64,000 nucleotides of DNA, taken from a virus. The stretch is taken from positions 29,781 through 93,780 of the IMG/VR virus record IMGVR_UViG_3300037584_002838; one strand, written 5' to 3'. Made by a program: the position numbers and the translations under genes. Shown piece by piece: positions 26,917-34,737 of this stretch (position 1 is its first letter; each line of letters opens with the position of its first letter). The notes under the pieces were generated by a model. That model worked only from the letters and a program-made list of their open reading frames with translations. It had not been told where the DNA came from and made no database searches.

Positions 26917-27432
26917 ATGATTATGGACGAAGATAAGTGGACTGAAAGGTCACAAGAAATAAGAGCATGGCTTGAGCATAACGACGCTGGCGCAATGAAC
27001 GCACTAATTGAGCAGACATTGAATGCTGGTGATGCGGCAAGTAGTGATGATGAGAGAAACCGTTTTTGGGAAGCAGTGAGAGCAATTTGCAAAACACTGC
27101 CAAACAGCCCAATCAAGAAAGGTCGTGGCTCAACATTAGAACCTGCAATCCAAGCCTGTGTGGATGGTGTAGTGAATCGCATTCAAAATGCCTTTGCAAC
27201 CATTTCTGACTCAGAATTGATACTCGAAGTAATGCTACCACACGGTAAGACCGGTGGCGCATACGCTGACATTAACGCATTCTCTAAGGATATGGCAATG
27301 AAGGCACAAAGAGTCCTAAAGGCGGCATTGAAAGATGGTCGTTGGAACGGACAAATGACTGAAGATAACTTGACCGGTTTAACTCCACCTGTCAAGGAAT
27401 CTGACAGTGAATCTACGGAGGAAACTGTCTGA
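26917..27432 (+). CDS. Cassette-family protein, paralog 2
   Basis: GGTGA RBS; RFWEAVRAICKTLPNSPIKKGRGS shared exactly with the 28561 gene. Confidence 0.88.
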   Translation: MIMDEDKWTERSQEIRAWLEHNDAGAMNALIEQTLNAGDAASSDDERNRFWEAVRAICKTLPNSPIKKGRGSTLEPAIQACVDGVVNRIQNAFATISDSELILEVMLPHGKTGGAYADINAFSKDMAMKAQRVLKAALKDGRWNGQMTEDNLTGLTPPVKESDSESTEETV

Positions 27433-27538
27433 TGTTATCCGCAATCCCCTTGTAGGCCCATTACATTCATTTCGGCGGGCAACTCATACCAATTAAAATT
27501 AGAATACCTGAATTGTGTCAATGTGTAAGCCGGTAAAT

Positions 27539-27600
27539 CGCATGAGAATTAAGCAGAAGATGAAACCTCGCTTAATTCTCATGCGGTGGCCCTTTTTTTT
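27539..27600 (+). terminator. 16-bp hairpin plus oligo-T
   Basis: CGCATGAGAATTAAGC/GCTTAATTCTCATGCG followed by T8. Confidence 0.75.
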
Positions 27601-27606
27601 ATTCAG

Positions 27607-27674
27607 GGTTGTGACAAATGCTACGCATTATCCAAAGTGTGTCACAACCATATGGTTTGCTTTGCGACAAAACC
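27607..27674. repeat. Dyad hairpin site 6 (core 27648-27655)
   Basis: GGTTGTGACA-[AATGC tac GCATT]-ATCCAAAGTG-TGTCACAACC ATAT GGTTT-GCTTTGCGACA-AAACC. Confidence 0.9.
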
Positions 27675-27685
27675 CGATAGTCATT

Positions 27686-27733
27686 AAAAAAAAGAAAAAG
27701 GGGGAAAACGCCATTTTTCTAGCGTTTCCCCCC
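27686..27733 (-). terminator. Hairpin plus oligo-T
   Basis: GGGGGAAAACGC/GCGTTTCCCCC after A-tracts. Confidence 0.65.
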
Positions 27734-27742
27734 GATTTCTAC

Positions 27743-28339
27743 TCATTCACGGTCAAACTCGTACATATCAGTCATTTTCCGTGGCTGGATAGGGTGAAAT
27801 TCACCAATATACTTGATACCTTCACTTGTACCGTCCCAAATACCGTTCTTCAGAGAATGAACCAATTTCTTCTCTAATTTGTCACAATACCTGTTTAACC
27901 ATCTATCGAACAATATCGCCTCGTCCCAATCTTGTGTATCAAAGTCGTTTATTTTTCTACGGTTTATGATAAACGGATTAAAGCCTAAACTGTGTAAATT
28001 GATATTTGCCCATGACTCCATTGATTCTCTGAATTGATGAATCATACCATCAATAGTGGCTTTAACATCTGATGGAATAATGGTTCTTCTTCTAGTTACC
28101 AAATAATCGTATGGTGTTGCTTTCATTAGGCTTTTTAGAGCAAGCCAATTACATTGGACTTCATAATCCACTCTTCTCGGCCATTCAACCATACTATTCA
28201 ATGAATGTTGAAGCATTGTCATTAAGGTCAGAACTAATTCTACCCTCCATGCTTGTATTTCATCGAATAGTCCTGTTTTGTGAGCATGGGCTAATGCGTC
28301 TATCTTTTTCATCAGTGCTTGCGGCGTTATATTCTTCAT
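27743..28339 (-). CDS. Cassette-family protein, divergent paralog 3
   Basis: W.A.KSLMK..P, P.DVKATIDG and LKNGIWDGT align with family motifs. Confidence 0.75.
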   Translation of the reverse strand: MKNITPQALMKKIDALAHAHKTGLFDEIQAWRVELVLTLMTMLQHSLNSMVEWPRRVDYEVQCNWLALKSLMKATPYDYLVTRRRTIIPSDVKATIDGMIHQFRESMESWANINLHSLGFNPFIINRRKINDFDTQDWDEAILFDRWLNRYCDKLEKKLVHSLKNGIWDGTSEGIKYIGEFHPIQPRKMTDMYEFDRE

Positions 28340-28378
28340 AATACTCCCTTAGTAATATGGAAAAAATCGTCTTATTAG

Positions 28379-28449
28379 GGTAGTTCAAAGTACACTACCA
28401 TATGGTAATAAAATATTTATGAAATAAATACGCTTTGGTTTTTACTACC
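28379..28449. repeat. Dyad hairpin site 7 (core 28398-28405)
   Basis: GGTAGT-TCAAAGTAC-ACTACC ATAT GGTAATAAAA-[TATTTAT gaa ATAAATA]-CGCTTTGG-TTTTACTACC. Confidence 0.9.
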
Positions 28450-28451
28450 AT

Positions 28452-28529
28452 AAAAAATAAGACTACAAAGCGGCACAAACTAAAATCAGAATTGTAATTG
28501 GTATTTTTATTTTAGTTTGTACCGCTTTG
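28452..28529 (-). terminator. Long hairpin plus oligo-T
   Basis: CAAAGCGG.ACAAACTAAAAT/ATTTTAGTTTGT.CCGCTTTG. Confidence 0.65.
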
Positions 28530-28560
28530 GGTGAATATAAGGCTACGGGGGAAATCCGCA

Positions 28561-29049
28561 TCATTCTTCTTCTTCAGCCTCCATGCCGAAGTTTTGTGTA
28601 GTTAAACCGGTACGAGTACCGTCCCACACATTATCTTTCAAACGCCTCTTGAGCGAGTTCACAATAGTAGAAGCCATGTATGCTGAATACTCATCAGCAT
28701 CACTGAATAGGCCTCCGCCGGATTTACCGTGCTTAGTTAGTAACATCGAAATGTTACCAGAAGCAAAAAAATCAGATGCGGCTTGTGAAACTTCATCTGA
28801 TATTGAGTCTAGTACGGCTTGAATCTCAGGTGGAAGTTGGGAACCTCTACCTTTCTTAATTGGTGAATTAGGCAAGGTCTTACAAATAGCCCTTACTGCT
28901 TCCCAAAATCTATCTCTTTCTTCATCACTTGAAGCAACTTTACCCGCTTCAAGAGTTTGAATAATCAAGTCATTCATAGCACCTGCATCATTTTCCTTTA
29001 ACCATGATTCAATCATAGTTACCTTTTCTGTCCATTTTGTCATATCCAT
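28561..29049 (-). CDS. Cassette-family protein, paralog 4 (start MDMTKW)
   Basis: Close paralog of the 26917 gene. Confidence 0.88.
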   Translation of the reverse strand: MDMTKWTEKVTMIESWLKENDAGAMNDLIIQTLEAGKVASSDEERDRFWEAVRAICKTLPNSPIKKGRGSQLPPEIQAVLDSISDEVSQAASDFFASGNISMLLTKHGKSGGGLFSDADEYSAYMASTIVNSLKRRLKDNVWDGTRTGLTTQNFGMEAEEEE

Positions 29050-29117
29050 AGTAATCAACTCCTTTGAATAATGCTTCATTCCCCCGAAGCACTCATATGC
29101 TCTCTGTTAGGGTATAA

Positions 29118-29350
29118 GGTAGGACATTTCATTCGCCAAAGTGCGCCTACCATATGGTTGTGTAGTAATTCATCTATATAGATGGGCTTGTATTAAAATA
29201 CGATGTAAGATTACAATATTAAAAGATAACACTTTAATTGAGTTGAAGGGATTATTTAGATGATTTTTGCTTGTGTTCGATTAAATCTATATATTCTAAA
29301 TTGATTCTATATAGACCCATATAGTAGATTATACAACCATATGGCTTTGT
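29118..29350. repeat. Dyad sites 8 and 9 (cores 29150-29157 and 29337-29344) enclosing a gene-free inverted-repeat element
   Basis: GGTAGG..CAAAGT..CCTACC ATAT GG; CCATATGGTTGTGTAGT pairs with ATTATACAACCATATGG; GGCTTTG after core 9. Confidence 0.75.
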
Positions 29351-29497
29351 CCAAATTTTTATTTTAGTGTATTAACATTAAAATGCCTGCTTTTATGTAT
29401 AAATCATCGAATATTAGCATTTGAATATTAAAGATTTCGCCATTAGGCCGCCATTATTATGTACTATGGCATACTCGGTTAATACGGGATAAGGATA

Positions 29498-29725
29498 ATG
29501 ACGGCTGAAACTGTTGATGATATACTAAGTGGTATCATCAGCATTATTGCAGAACTAAGTAAGGATATTAAATCAAATACAAGCAAAAAGAATATACAAA
29601 CAAGCCAAGATAATAAGGTTAAATTAAAAGAAATAGCCAAAAAACTTAAATCAATTAAAACTAAATTAATAGACTTATATCAACCAAAGAAAACAATTCA
29701 AACTACATTAGATATTAATGAATAA
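29498..29725 (+). CDS. Small Lys-rich coiled-coil protein
   Basis: ORF with AGGA RBS; low complexity. Confidence 0.45.
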   Translation: MTAETVDDILSGIISIIAELSKDIKSNTSKKNIQTSQDNKVKLKEIAKKLKSIKTKLIDLYQPKKTIQTTLDINE

Positions 29726-29856
29726 TTAAATGTTATATTTTTATCGTGGGAATAATAAAGTTAATAAAAAAATGCTGACGCTAGTACCAAAAAAATTCCG
29801 CCACAATTTTTCAAAAACAAATTCTATTTTAAGCAATTAACAGGAAAAGGGTTATT

Positions 29857-30171
29857 ATGACATGGAAAGATGTGTTAAAGTTTGATAGAGCCAAAATGAG
29901 GCAAAGGGCAGAAAGAGAAGAAAAGGAAATTGATGATTTATCACCACACCAATATTCTGGTGCTAAAAAAGACCAAATGAGCCTACTTGCTAGTATAAAG
30001 CGTACAGAAGAAGAACAAGACCATTTAGATAGTCGAAAAGACAAAAGAAGAAAAATGGGTCTTAAAGGTAATGAGTCCTTTCCTAGAAAAAGAAGGAAAC
30101 ATAGGGGAGGAAGAGGTCGATTAGGAGATACAAAACTACTTCCTATACCTAAAGGAAAAAGAGGTAATTAA
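29857..30171 (+). CDS. Basic protein with MTWKDVLK tag
   Basis: N-terminal family motif. Confidence 0.75.
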   Translation: MTWKDVLKFDRAKMRQRAEREEKEIDDLSPHQYSGAKKDQMSLLASIKRTEEEQDHLDSRKDKRRKMGLKGNESFPRKRRKHRGGRGRLGDTKLLPIPKGKRGN

Positions 30172-30172
30172 T

Positions 30173-30583
30173 ATGACTTGGAAAGATATATTAAAACAAA
30201 AAATCCCAACGCAACAACCACAAGGATTTCCAATAGAAGGGAAAATTCATGTATATGACCCAAATATAGGAGATAGTGATAGTTATTGGCTAACATTTTA
30301 CAGTAACGATTGGGATGATGGTCTTGAAATACGAAAAAGAGAAAATTCTCAGTTTCAAAAAGAGGTTGTGGAAAAACATCCTAATTCCCCTCTTGTAGCA
30401 TTTTTTAATAAATTTGCTAAGTTTAGAAGAAGAGTGTCTAAACCAGATGATAAATATGACTTTGATATTACTGATATTCAAATGATTAAAGAACCAAAAC
30501 CACAAGAAATAAAATCAGTAGCAAAAAGTATGGGTCTAAAACTTCATATTAACCCTACTAATATAGATGAGGATGAGTATTGA
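30173..30583 (+). CDS. Protein with MTWKDILK tag
   Basis: N-terminal family motif. Confidence 0.8.
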   Translation: MTWKDILKQKIPTQQPQGFPIEGKIHVYDPNIGDSDSYWLTFYSNDWDDGLEIRKRENSQFQKEVVEKHPNSPLVAFFNKFAKFRRRVSKPDDKYDFDITDIQMIKEPKPQEIKSVAKSMGLKLHINPTNIDEDEY

Positions 30584-30609
30584 AGAACTAATGTATTACG
30601 GTGATTAAT

Positions 30610-30717
30610 ATGACTCGATGCAAATTACTTGACACTTGGTTTGATGCTAAGTCTAAGGAATTAGATAAGGCAGAAAAAGAGAAGAATAAAGATTTGATAA
30701 CAGGTGAGAAGAAATGA
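30610..30717 (+). CDS. 35-aa small protein
   Basis: GGTGA RBS; MTRCKLLDTWFDAKSKELDKAEKEKNKDLITGEKK; coupled to next gene. Confidence 0.55.
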   Translation: MTRCKLLDTWFDAKSKELDKAEKEKNKDLITGEKK

Positions 30718-31040
30718 GTTGGGAAGATATAATGAAAAAAGACTATGTAAATGTAGATGAAGAATTAGAAGATTTAGAAAATCAAGTAGAAGAGTATGAG
30801 CGATTAGCACTCGCTCTCGGTCAAATAGCACAAGTCGCAATAAAAGGTCATATCTATGCTAAAATGCCTGAAGATAAAAGAGAAGTATTCGATAAAGCAG
30901 TAAAGGGAATGAAAGAGATGAAAGAACAAGCCGAAAAAGCCAAAAAAGCATATAATGACGCAATAAAAAATATGGCTGAACTATTGGGTACAGAAAATAC
31001 TGCTAAAGATGTAAAAGACTTTATTTCGGAAAATATGTGA
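30714..31040 (+). CDS. Coiled-coil protein with MSWEDIMK tag
   Basis: N-terminal family motif. Confidence 0.8.
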   Translation: MSWEDIMKKDYVNVDEELEDLENQVEEYERLALALGQIAQVAIKGHIYAKMPEDKREVFDKAVKGMKEMKEQAEKAKKAYNDAIKNMAELLGTENTAKDVKDFISENM

Positions 31041-31049
31041 GATGATATT

Positions 31050-31340
31050 ATGGTTTGGGAAGATGTAATTAGAAAGAGTTTTTTATCAGTAGATAGAGAT
31101 GGTATGATTACTTTATCGCAACAATATAAAGGGGCGAATAAAACAAAATATTCAAGAGAAATGATTAATCACGCACTTAGGCAATTAGGACTTACTTACG
31201 AACAGGCAAATATGAATACTGAAAGTGCAGGGTTATTAGAAATATATCTTAATCGTGGAAATAGTTACTATGCCTATAATCGTAAACAACGAATGAATAT
31301 TATGCGACAAGCCGGTGCGCCATTTTTACAGGATGATTAA
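31050..31340 (+). CDS. Protein with MVWEDVIRK tag
   Basis: N-terminal family motif. Confidence 0.75.
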   Translation: MVWEDVIRKSFLSVDRDGMITLSQQYKGANKTKYSREMINHALRQLGLTYEQANMNTESAGLLEIYLNRGNSYYAYNRKQRMNIMRQAGAPFLQDD

Positions 31341-31341
31341 T

Positions 31342-31710
31342 ATGACATGGTTCGATGTAGTTAAGATTCTAACTCCAAGACAGTTCCTTGAGTCTTTAGA
31401 GATAGATGGTATCATTAAAGGTAAAGCCGGTAAATATGGTACTAACATGGAATTAGTTAGTGATGATATTATTGTCAAGATTAGACAGGACAAGTATGGG
31501 ATGAACAGTGTTAATGTTAATGAAAAGAGGTTTGCATCCCATGACCTAAATAAGATATTAGTAGCGGTAAAGAAGGAATTGAAAGAAGATTCTTATACCG
31601 ATGCTTTACTAAGAGAAGATGGGATAGTGGATTCCGGCAAGGCCGGCATCATTAATATGAGATATTCACCAAAAAAGGAGGATGAAGAAGATGGCGAAGA
31701 AAAAGACTGA
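31342..31710 (+). CDS. Protein with MTWFDVVK tag
   Basis: Internal ATG gives the family motif. Confidence 0.75.
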   Translation: MTWFDVVKILTPRQFLESLEIDGIIKGKAGKYGTNMELVSDDIIVKIRQDKYGMNSVNVNEKRFASHDLNKILVAVKKELKEDSYTDALLREDGIVDSGKAGIINMRYSPKKEDEEDGEEKD

Positions 31711-32800
31711 GAAGAGTCCCTCGGGGGATGGCTATGGTAATACCATAGAATCAGAACCCTTGACATTTAGAAAAGCATACTTAGAGTGGGAAAATAAGTG
31801 TAAGGGTATCAGTGCTAAAGAGATACAATCAGAGGGTAGAAAGGGAGTAAGAAGTGTTCCGCCTAATTTGTTTGAGCAGATTCAAGAGCATGTAACGGCG
31901 GCATTTAGACGACCCGAATCAAGCAATGACGGTACTAAAGGTGCCTATGTTTTGATAGAGGATATAATTAAAGCACTCAAAGATGATAAGTTGTTTTTGG
32001 AAAATGAAAGAGATAATCTTGAAAAGTTCCAGAAAGATATGGGAGTATTCCTCAAGGCTAACAGTAAATTAAATCCAAGTAATATTGAGTTTAATAGACC
32101 AAAATCATACGATGTAGTGAACGGCAAAGTAGTCAATGAAAGTGAAGATACAGTGTCTATTTATGGACATTATGTTGATGATTATTTTGTGGCTAAATAT
32201 CCGAAGAAGAAGTATGAGGTAAATACAGAGTGGTTTAACAGAAATAAAAATACATCTAATCCGCCATACAAACAAGCATTGTTTGGTGATGGCGATTTAC
32301 TTGGAAAAGGTGAAGGCCTTTTAGATGTAATAGAATTAGCATTAAAAGAGTTAGATGAGAAGGCTATCGAACTTTATACTATTGGAATTAAAAGAGCATC
32401 TGCTTTAGCAAGACTACCTTCGGTTCAATCATGGGTTAGACGCAATATCACAAAGAAGCAATTCTATCCTTCTAATAGTGGTAAAATTAATTTGGGCCAA
32501 ATAAGTCAAGCATTGCTAACCGTAGAGTTTCCTATCAAAAACGACATAGAGCAAAGAATAGTAACTATGGCCGCTACGAATAAAGACATTGAGTTTGCTC
32601 AGAAAATAGAGAGATTCAAAATCGGGAGAATAAGTAATCAAGTTATGGCTACTCTCATTAGAGAAGTAATCGCAAGAGGTAAGAAAGAATATATTGAAGT
32701 CAAGAACGGCTACTACTTACAGTTAAGGGGATTATCCGACCCTCCTTCTGAAACATGGAAAGAAATCAAAAAGAGTTGGATGCAACATTTATGGGCGTGA
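31682..32800 (+). CDS. Hypothetical late protein (372 aa)
   Basis: Long ORF; ends ...IKKSWMQHLWA. Confidence 0.8.
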   Translation: MKKMAKKKTEKSPSGDGYGNTIESEPLTFRKAYLEWENKCKGISAKEIQSEGRKGVRSVPPNLFEQIQEHVTAAFRRPESSNDGTKGAYVLIEDIIKALKDDKLFLENERDNLEKFQKDMGVFLKANSKLNPSNIEFNRPKSYDVVNGKVVNESEDTVSIYGHYVDDYFVAKYPKKKYEVNTEWFNRNKNTSNPPYKQALFGDGDLLGKGEGLLDVIELALKELDEKAIELYTIGIKRASALARLPSVQSWVRRNITKKQFYPSNSGKINLGQISQALLTVEFPIKNDIEQRIVTMAATNKDIEFAQKIERFKIGRISNQVMATLIREVIARGKKEYIEVKNGYYLQLRGLSDPPSETWKEIKKSWMQHLWA

Positions 32801-32804
32801 TTAA

Positions 32805-33188
32805 ATGACTTGGGAAGATATAATTAAAGTTGGATATATTCCATCAGATGCAAAAGAAAGAAGCGCACCGACAATAAATTGGATGGATGCTTTTCATAAG
32901 TATGGATTCGATGATGGAGAAGAAAATAATGGACAAACAGAAGAGATTGCTGACTTTTTATCTAAAAACGGTTATAAAACACAATTGATTGAAGCCGGAG
33001 GACATAATACCTATATTAAATGGGTAGTGAAAGAACCGGAAAAGTATCAACATAGATTATATGAATATCCTACCGATAGTCGTAGGCATAGAGATGCCCC
33101 ATCAAGAGATAGTTTTGATAAAGAGTTATTGAAACTATTAGATGGTAAATATGGTAAATCAATGAAGTCCAAAGGTGTCAAAGGGTGA
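32805..33188 (+). CDS. Protein with MTWEDIIK tag
   Basis: N-terminal family motif. Confidence 0.8.
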   Translation: MTWEDIIKVGYIPSDAKERSAPTINWMDAFHKYGFDDGEENNGQTEEIADFLSKNGYKTQLIEAGGHNTYIKWVVKEPEKYQHRLYEYPTDSRRHRDAPSRDSFDKELLKLLDGKYGKSMKSKGVKG

Positions 33189-33192
33189 TTAA

Positions 33193-33849
33193 ATGATAAC
33201 CCGTAAAAGATGCGCTCTTTGTCAGCATGAAGATAGAGAAGAAATGGAAGCCGCATTAGAAGGCGGTTTTATTTCATGTGATGATTTAGATAAAAGAGAA
33301 GGTTGGAGAAGCGGTACTGCCGCACAACACATGAGAAATCATATGGGAGATTACACAAATAGCAGTAATCCCAAATGTAAATTATGCACAGACCCAATGA
33401 GGAAGCATTACGAAGAAGCACTTTCAAACGGAAATATAACTGCTGATGGTGTTTCACAGGCTCTCGGTGTCACTAAAGAGCAGGTGCAAAGACACATGAA
33501 GCACCACTTAGCACCGTTGGTTCAGCAATCTGCCGCCAGCATTATAGCGAAAAAGGAAGTAAATGAAATTGAATTGCTAAGTGCTAACATACAAAGGCTT
33601 GATACGAAGTTAGATGAGTTATTCAGAAATACAGAATTAGAGCCAAGAGAGATAGATAGCCTAACTAAACTTGCAAAAGAAGTTAGAGAGAGTTTGAAGT
33701 ATCTTATGGAGTTTAAGGGTAAATTGGTTCACAAGCGACAAGATACAATTATTGTCGCACAAATGCAAATTGTTCAAGAAGTGCTTGCACAGAACAATCC
33801 TGAGATTTGGCTTGATATTAAGAAAAGAATGCAGGAGAAATTACAATGA
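33193..33849 (+). CDS. Candidate terminase small subunit (two CxxC..HxxxH HTH/Zn modules plus coiled coil)
   Basis: CALC...HMRNH and CKLC...HMKHH, then an oligomerisation helix; upstream of TerL. Confidence 0.55.
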   Translation: MITRKRCALCQHEDREEMEAALEGGFISCDDLDKREGWRSGTAAQHMRNHMGDYTNSSNPKCKLCTDPMRKHYEEALSNGNITADGVSQALGVTKEQVQRHMKHHLAPLVQQSAASIIAKKEVNEIELLSANIQRLDTKLDELFRNTELEPREIDSLTKLAKEVRESLKYLMEFKGKLVHKRQDTIIVAQMQIVQEVLAQNNPEIWLDIKKRMQEKLQ

Positions 33850-34297
33850 GTTGGCAAAAAATATTGAAAGAAACAAGAGTAAGTGGAGGCGGTAGTTTAG
33901 ACCTACGAGATGGTAAAGAACTTATTACTGAAAACTTAGATATTACTATTGAATTAAAAGAAGTTTCTGGTGATTTTACAAGAAAGCCTCGCTCTTATGG
34001 TGGGGATATAGTATCAGATAGATACAAACCTAATGTCGGATTCACAGAATTTGGTTCATATGAATATGCTTTTTTACCTAAACTAAAAGGATATGCTGAA
34101 TTATATGATGGAGATATATTGATACAGAAATTCAAGGCGGAGGAAATCGAGGTTTTCTTTGAAGGGGGTTCTTTCAAAAATATTAAAACATTCCCTGTTC
34201 CAATCACCTTTACTGCTGAATTAGATTATGATGATACACCTATTATTTACATCACTATGCAGGTTGCTTAATTACAGGAGAAATTACAATGAGTTGG
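33832..34297 (+). repeat. Exact 23-bp direct repeat CAGGAGAAATTACAATGAGTTGG at 33832-33854 and 34275-34297
   Basis: Read directly; brackets the 33846 gene. Confidence 0.9.
33846..34271 (+). CDS. Protein with MSWQKILK tag
   Basis: N-terminal family motif. Confidence 0.8.
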   Translation: MSWQKILKETRVSGGGSLDLRDGKELITENLDITIELKEVSGDFTRKPRSYGGDIVSDRYKPNVGFTEFGSYEYAFLPKLKGYAELYDGDILIQKFKAEEIEVFFEGGSFKNIKTFPVPITFTAELDYDDTPIIYITMQVA

Positions 34298-34729
34298 TTT
34301 AGCATACTAAAAATATCCACAGAAGAGGCTATTAGTGATGCTAAACGCTTTGCCCCTGAGATGATAGAAGAAGGGAAGAAATTAAACCAAGAAGAAAAAG
34401 AAAGAAATGAAAAACTTCAATGGGAAAAGTTTCAACCCAACCTTAAAAAAATAATTAATATATTCCAAGAATGGTTAAATAAAACTCCTAAAGATGCCTA
34501 TTCAAAAGCGGGATATAGACAAATTAATTATGGACATAAATGGCAAGAAACTTTGGAAGATATAGAATATCTTATTAAGTTTATGCCATACTCTAATTTT
34601 GAAGCGTTTGATAGAATGTATCAAGATGCTATTTGGCATTTCAAAAATTGGCCCTACAAACAAAACTTGCATATTGGCAACGATAAGGTTAAGGAAATTG
34701 AAAGATTAAGACAAGAGGGATTACAATAG
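34289..34729 (+). CDS. Protein with MSWFSILK tag
   Basis: N-terminal family motif. Confidence 0.8.
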   Translation: MSWFSILKISTEEAISDAKRFAPEMIEEGKKLNQEEKERNEKLQWEKFQPNLKKIINIFQEWLNKTPKDAYSKAGYRQINYGHKWQETLEDIEYLIKFMPYSNFEAFDRMYQDAIWHFKNWPYKQNLHIGNDKVKEIERLRQEGLQ

Positions 34730-34737
34730 GTGATTCT

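Noticed and set aside
5187-28600. Many early proteins end in EEE/GEEE, a possible degron or tag
   Set aside because: Largely explained by an overlapping purine-rich RBS plus ATGA coupling (GGTGAGGAAGAATGA) of the next gene; the few uncoupled cases are insufficient.
24668-29350. CRISPR array interpretation of the CCATATGG repeats
   Set aside because: Spacing is 190-840 bp with whole genes between, repeats vary in length and sequence, and no cas genes are present.
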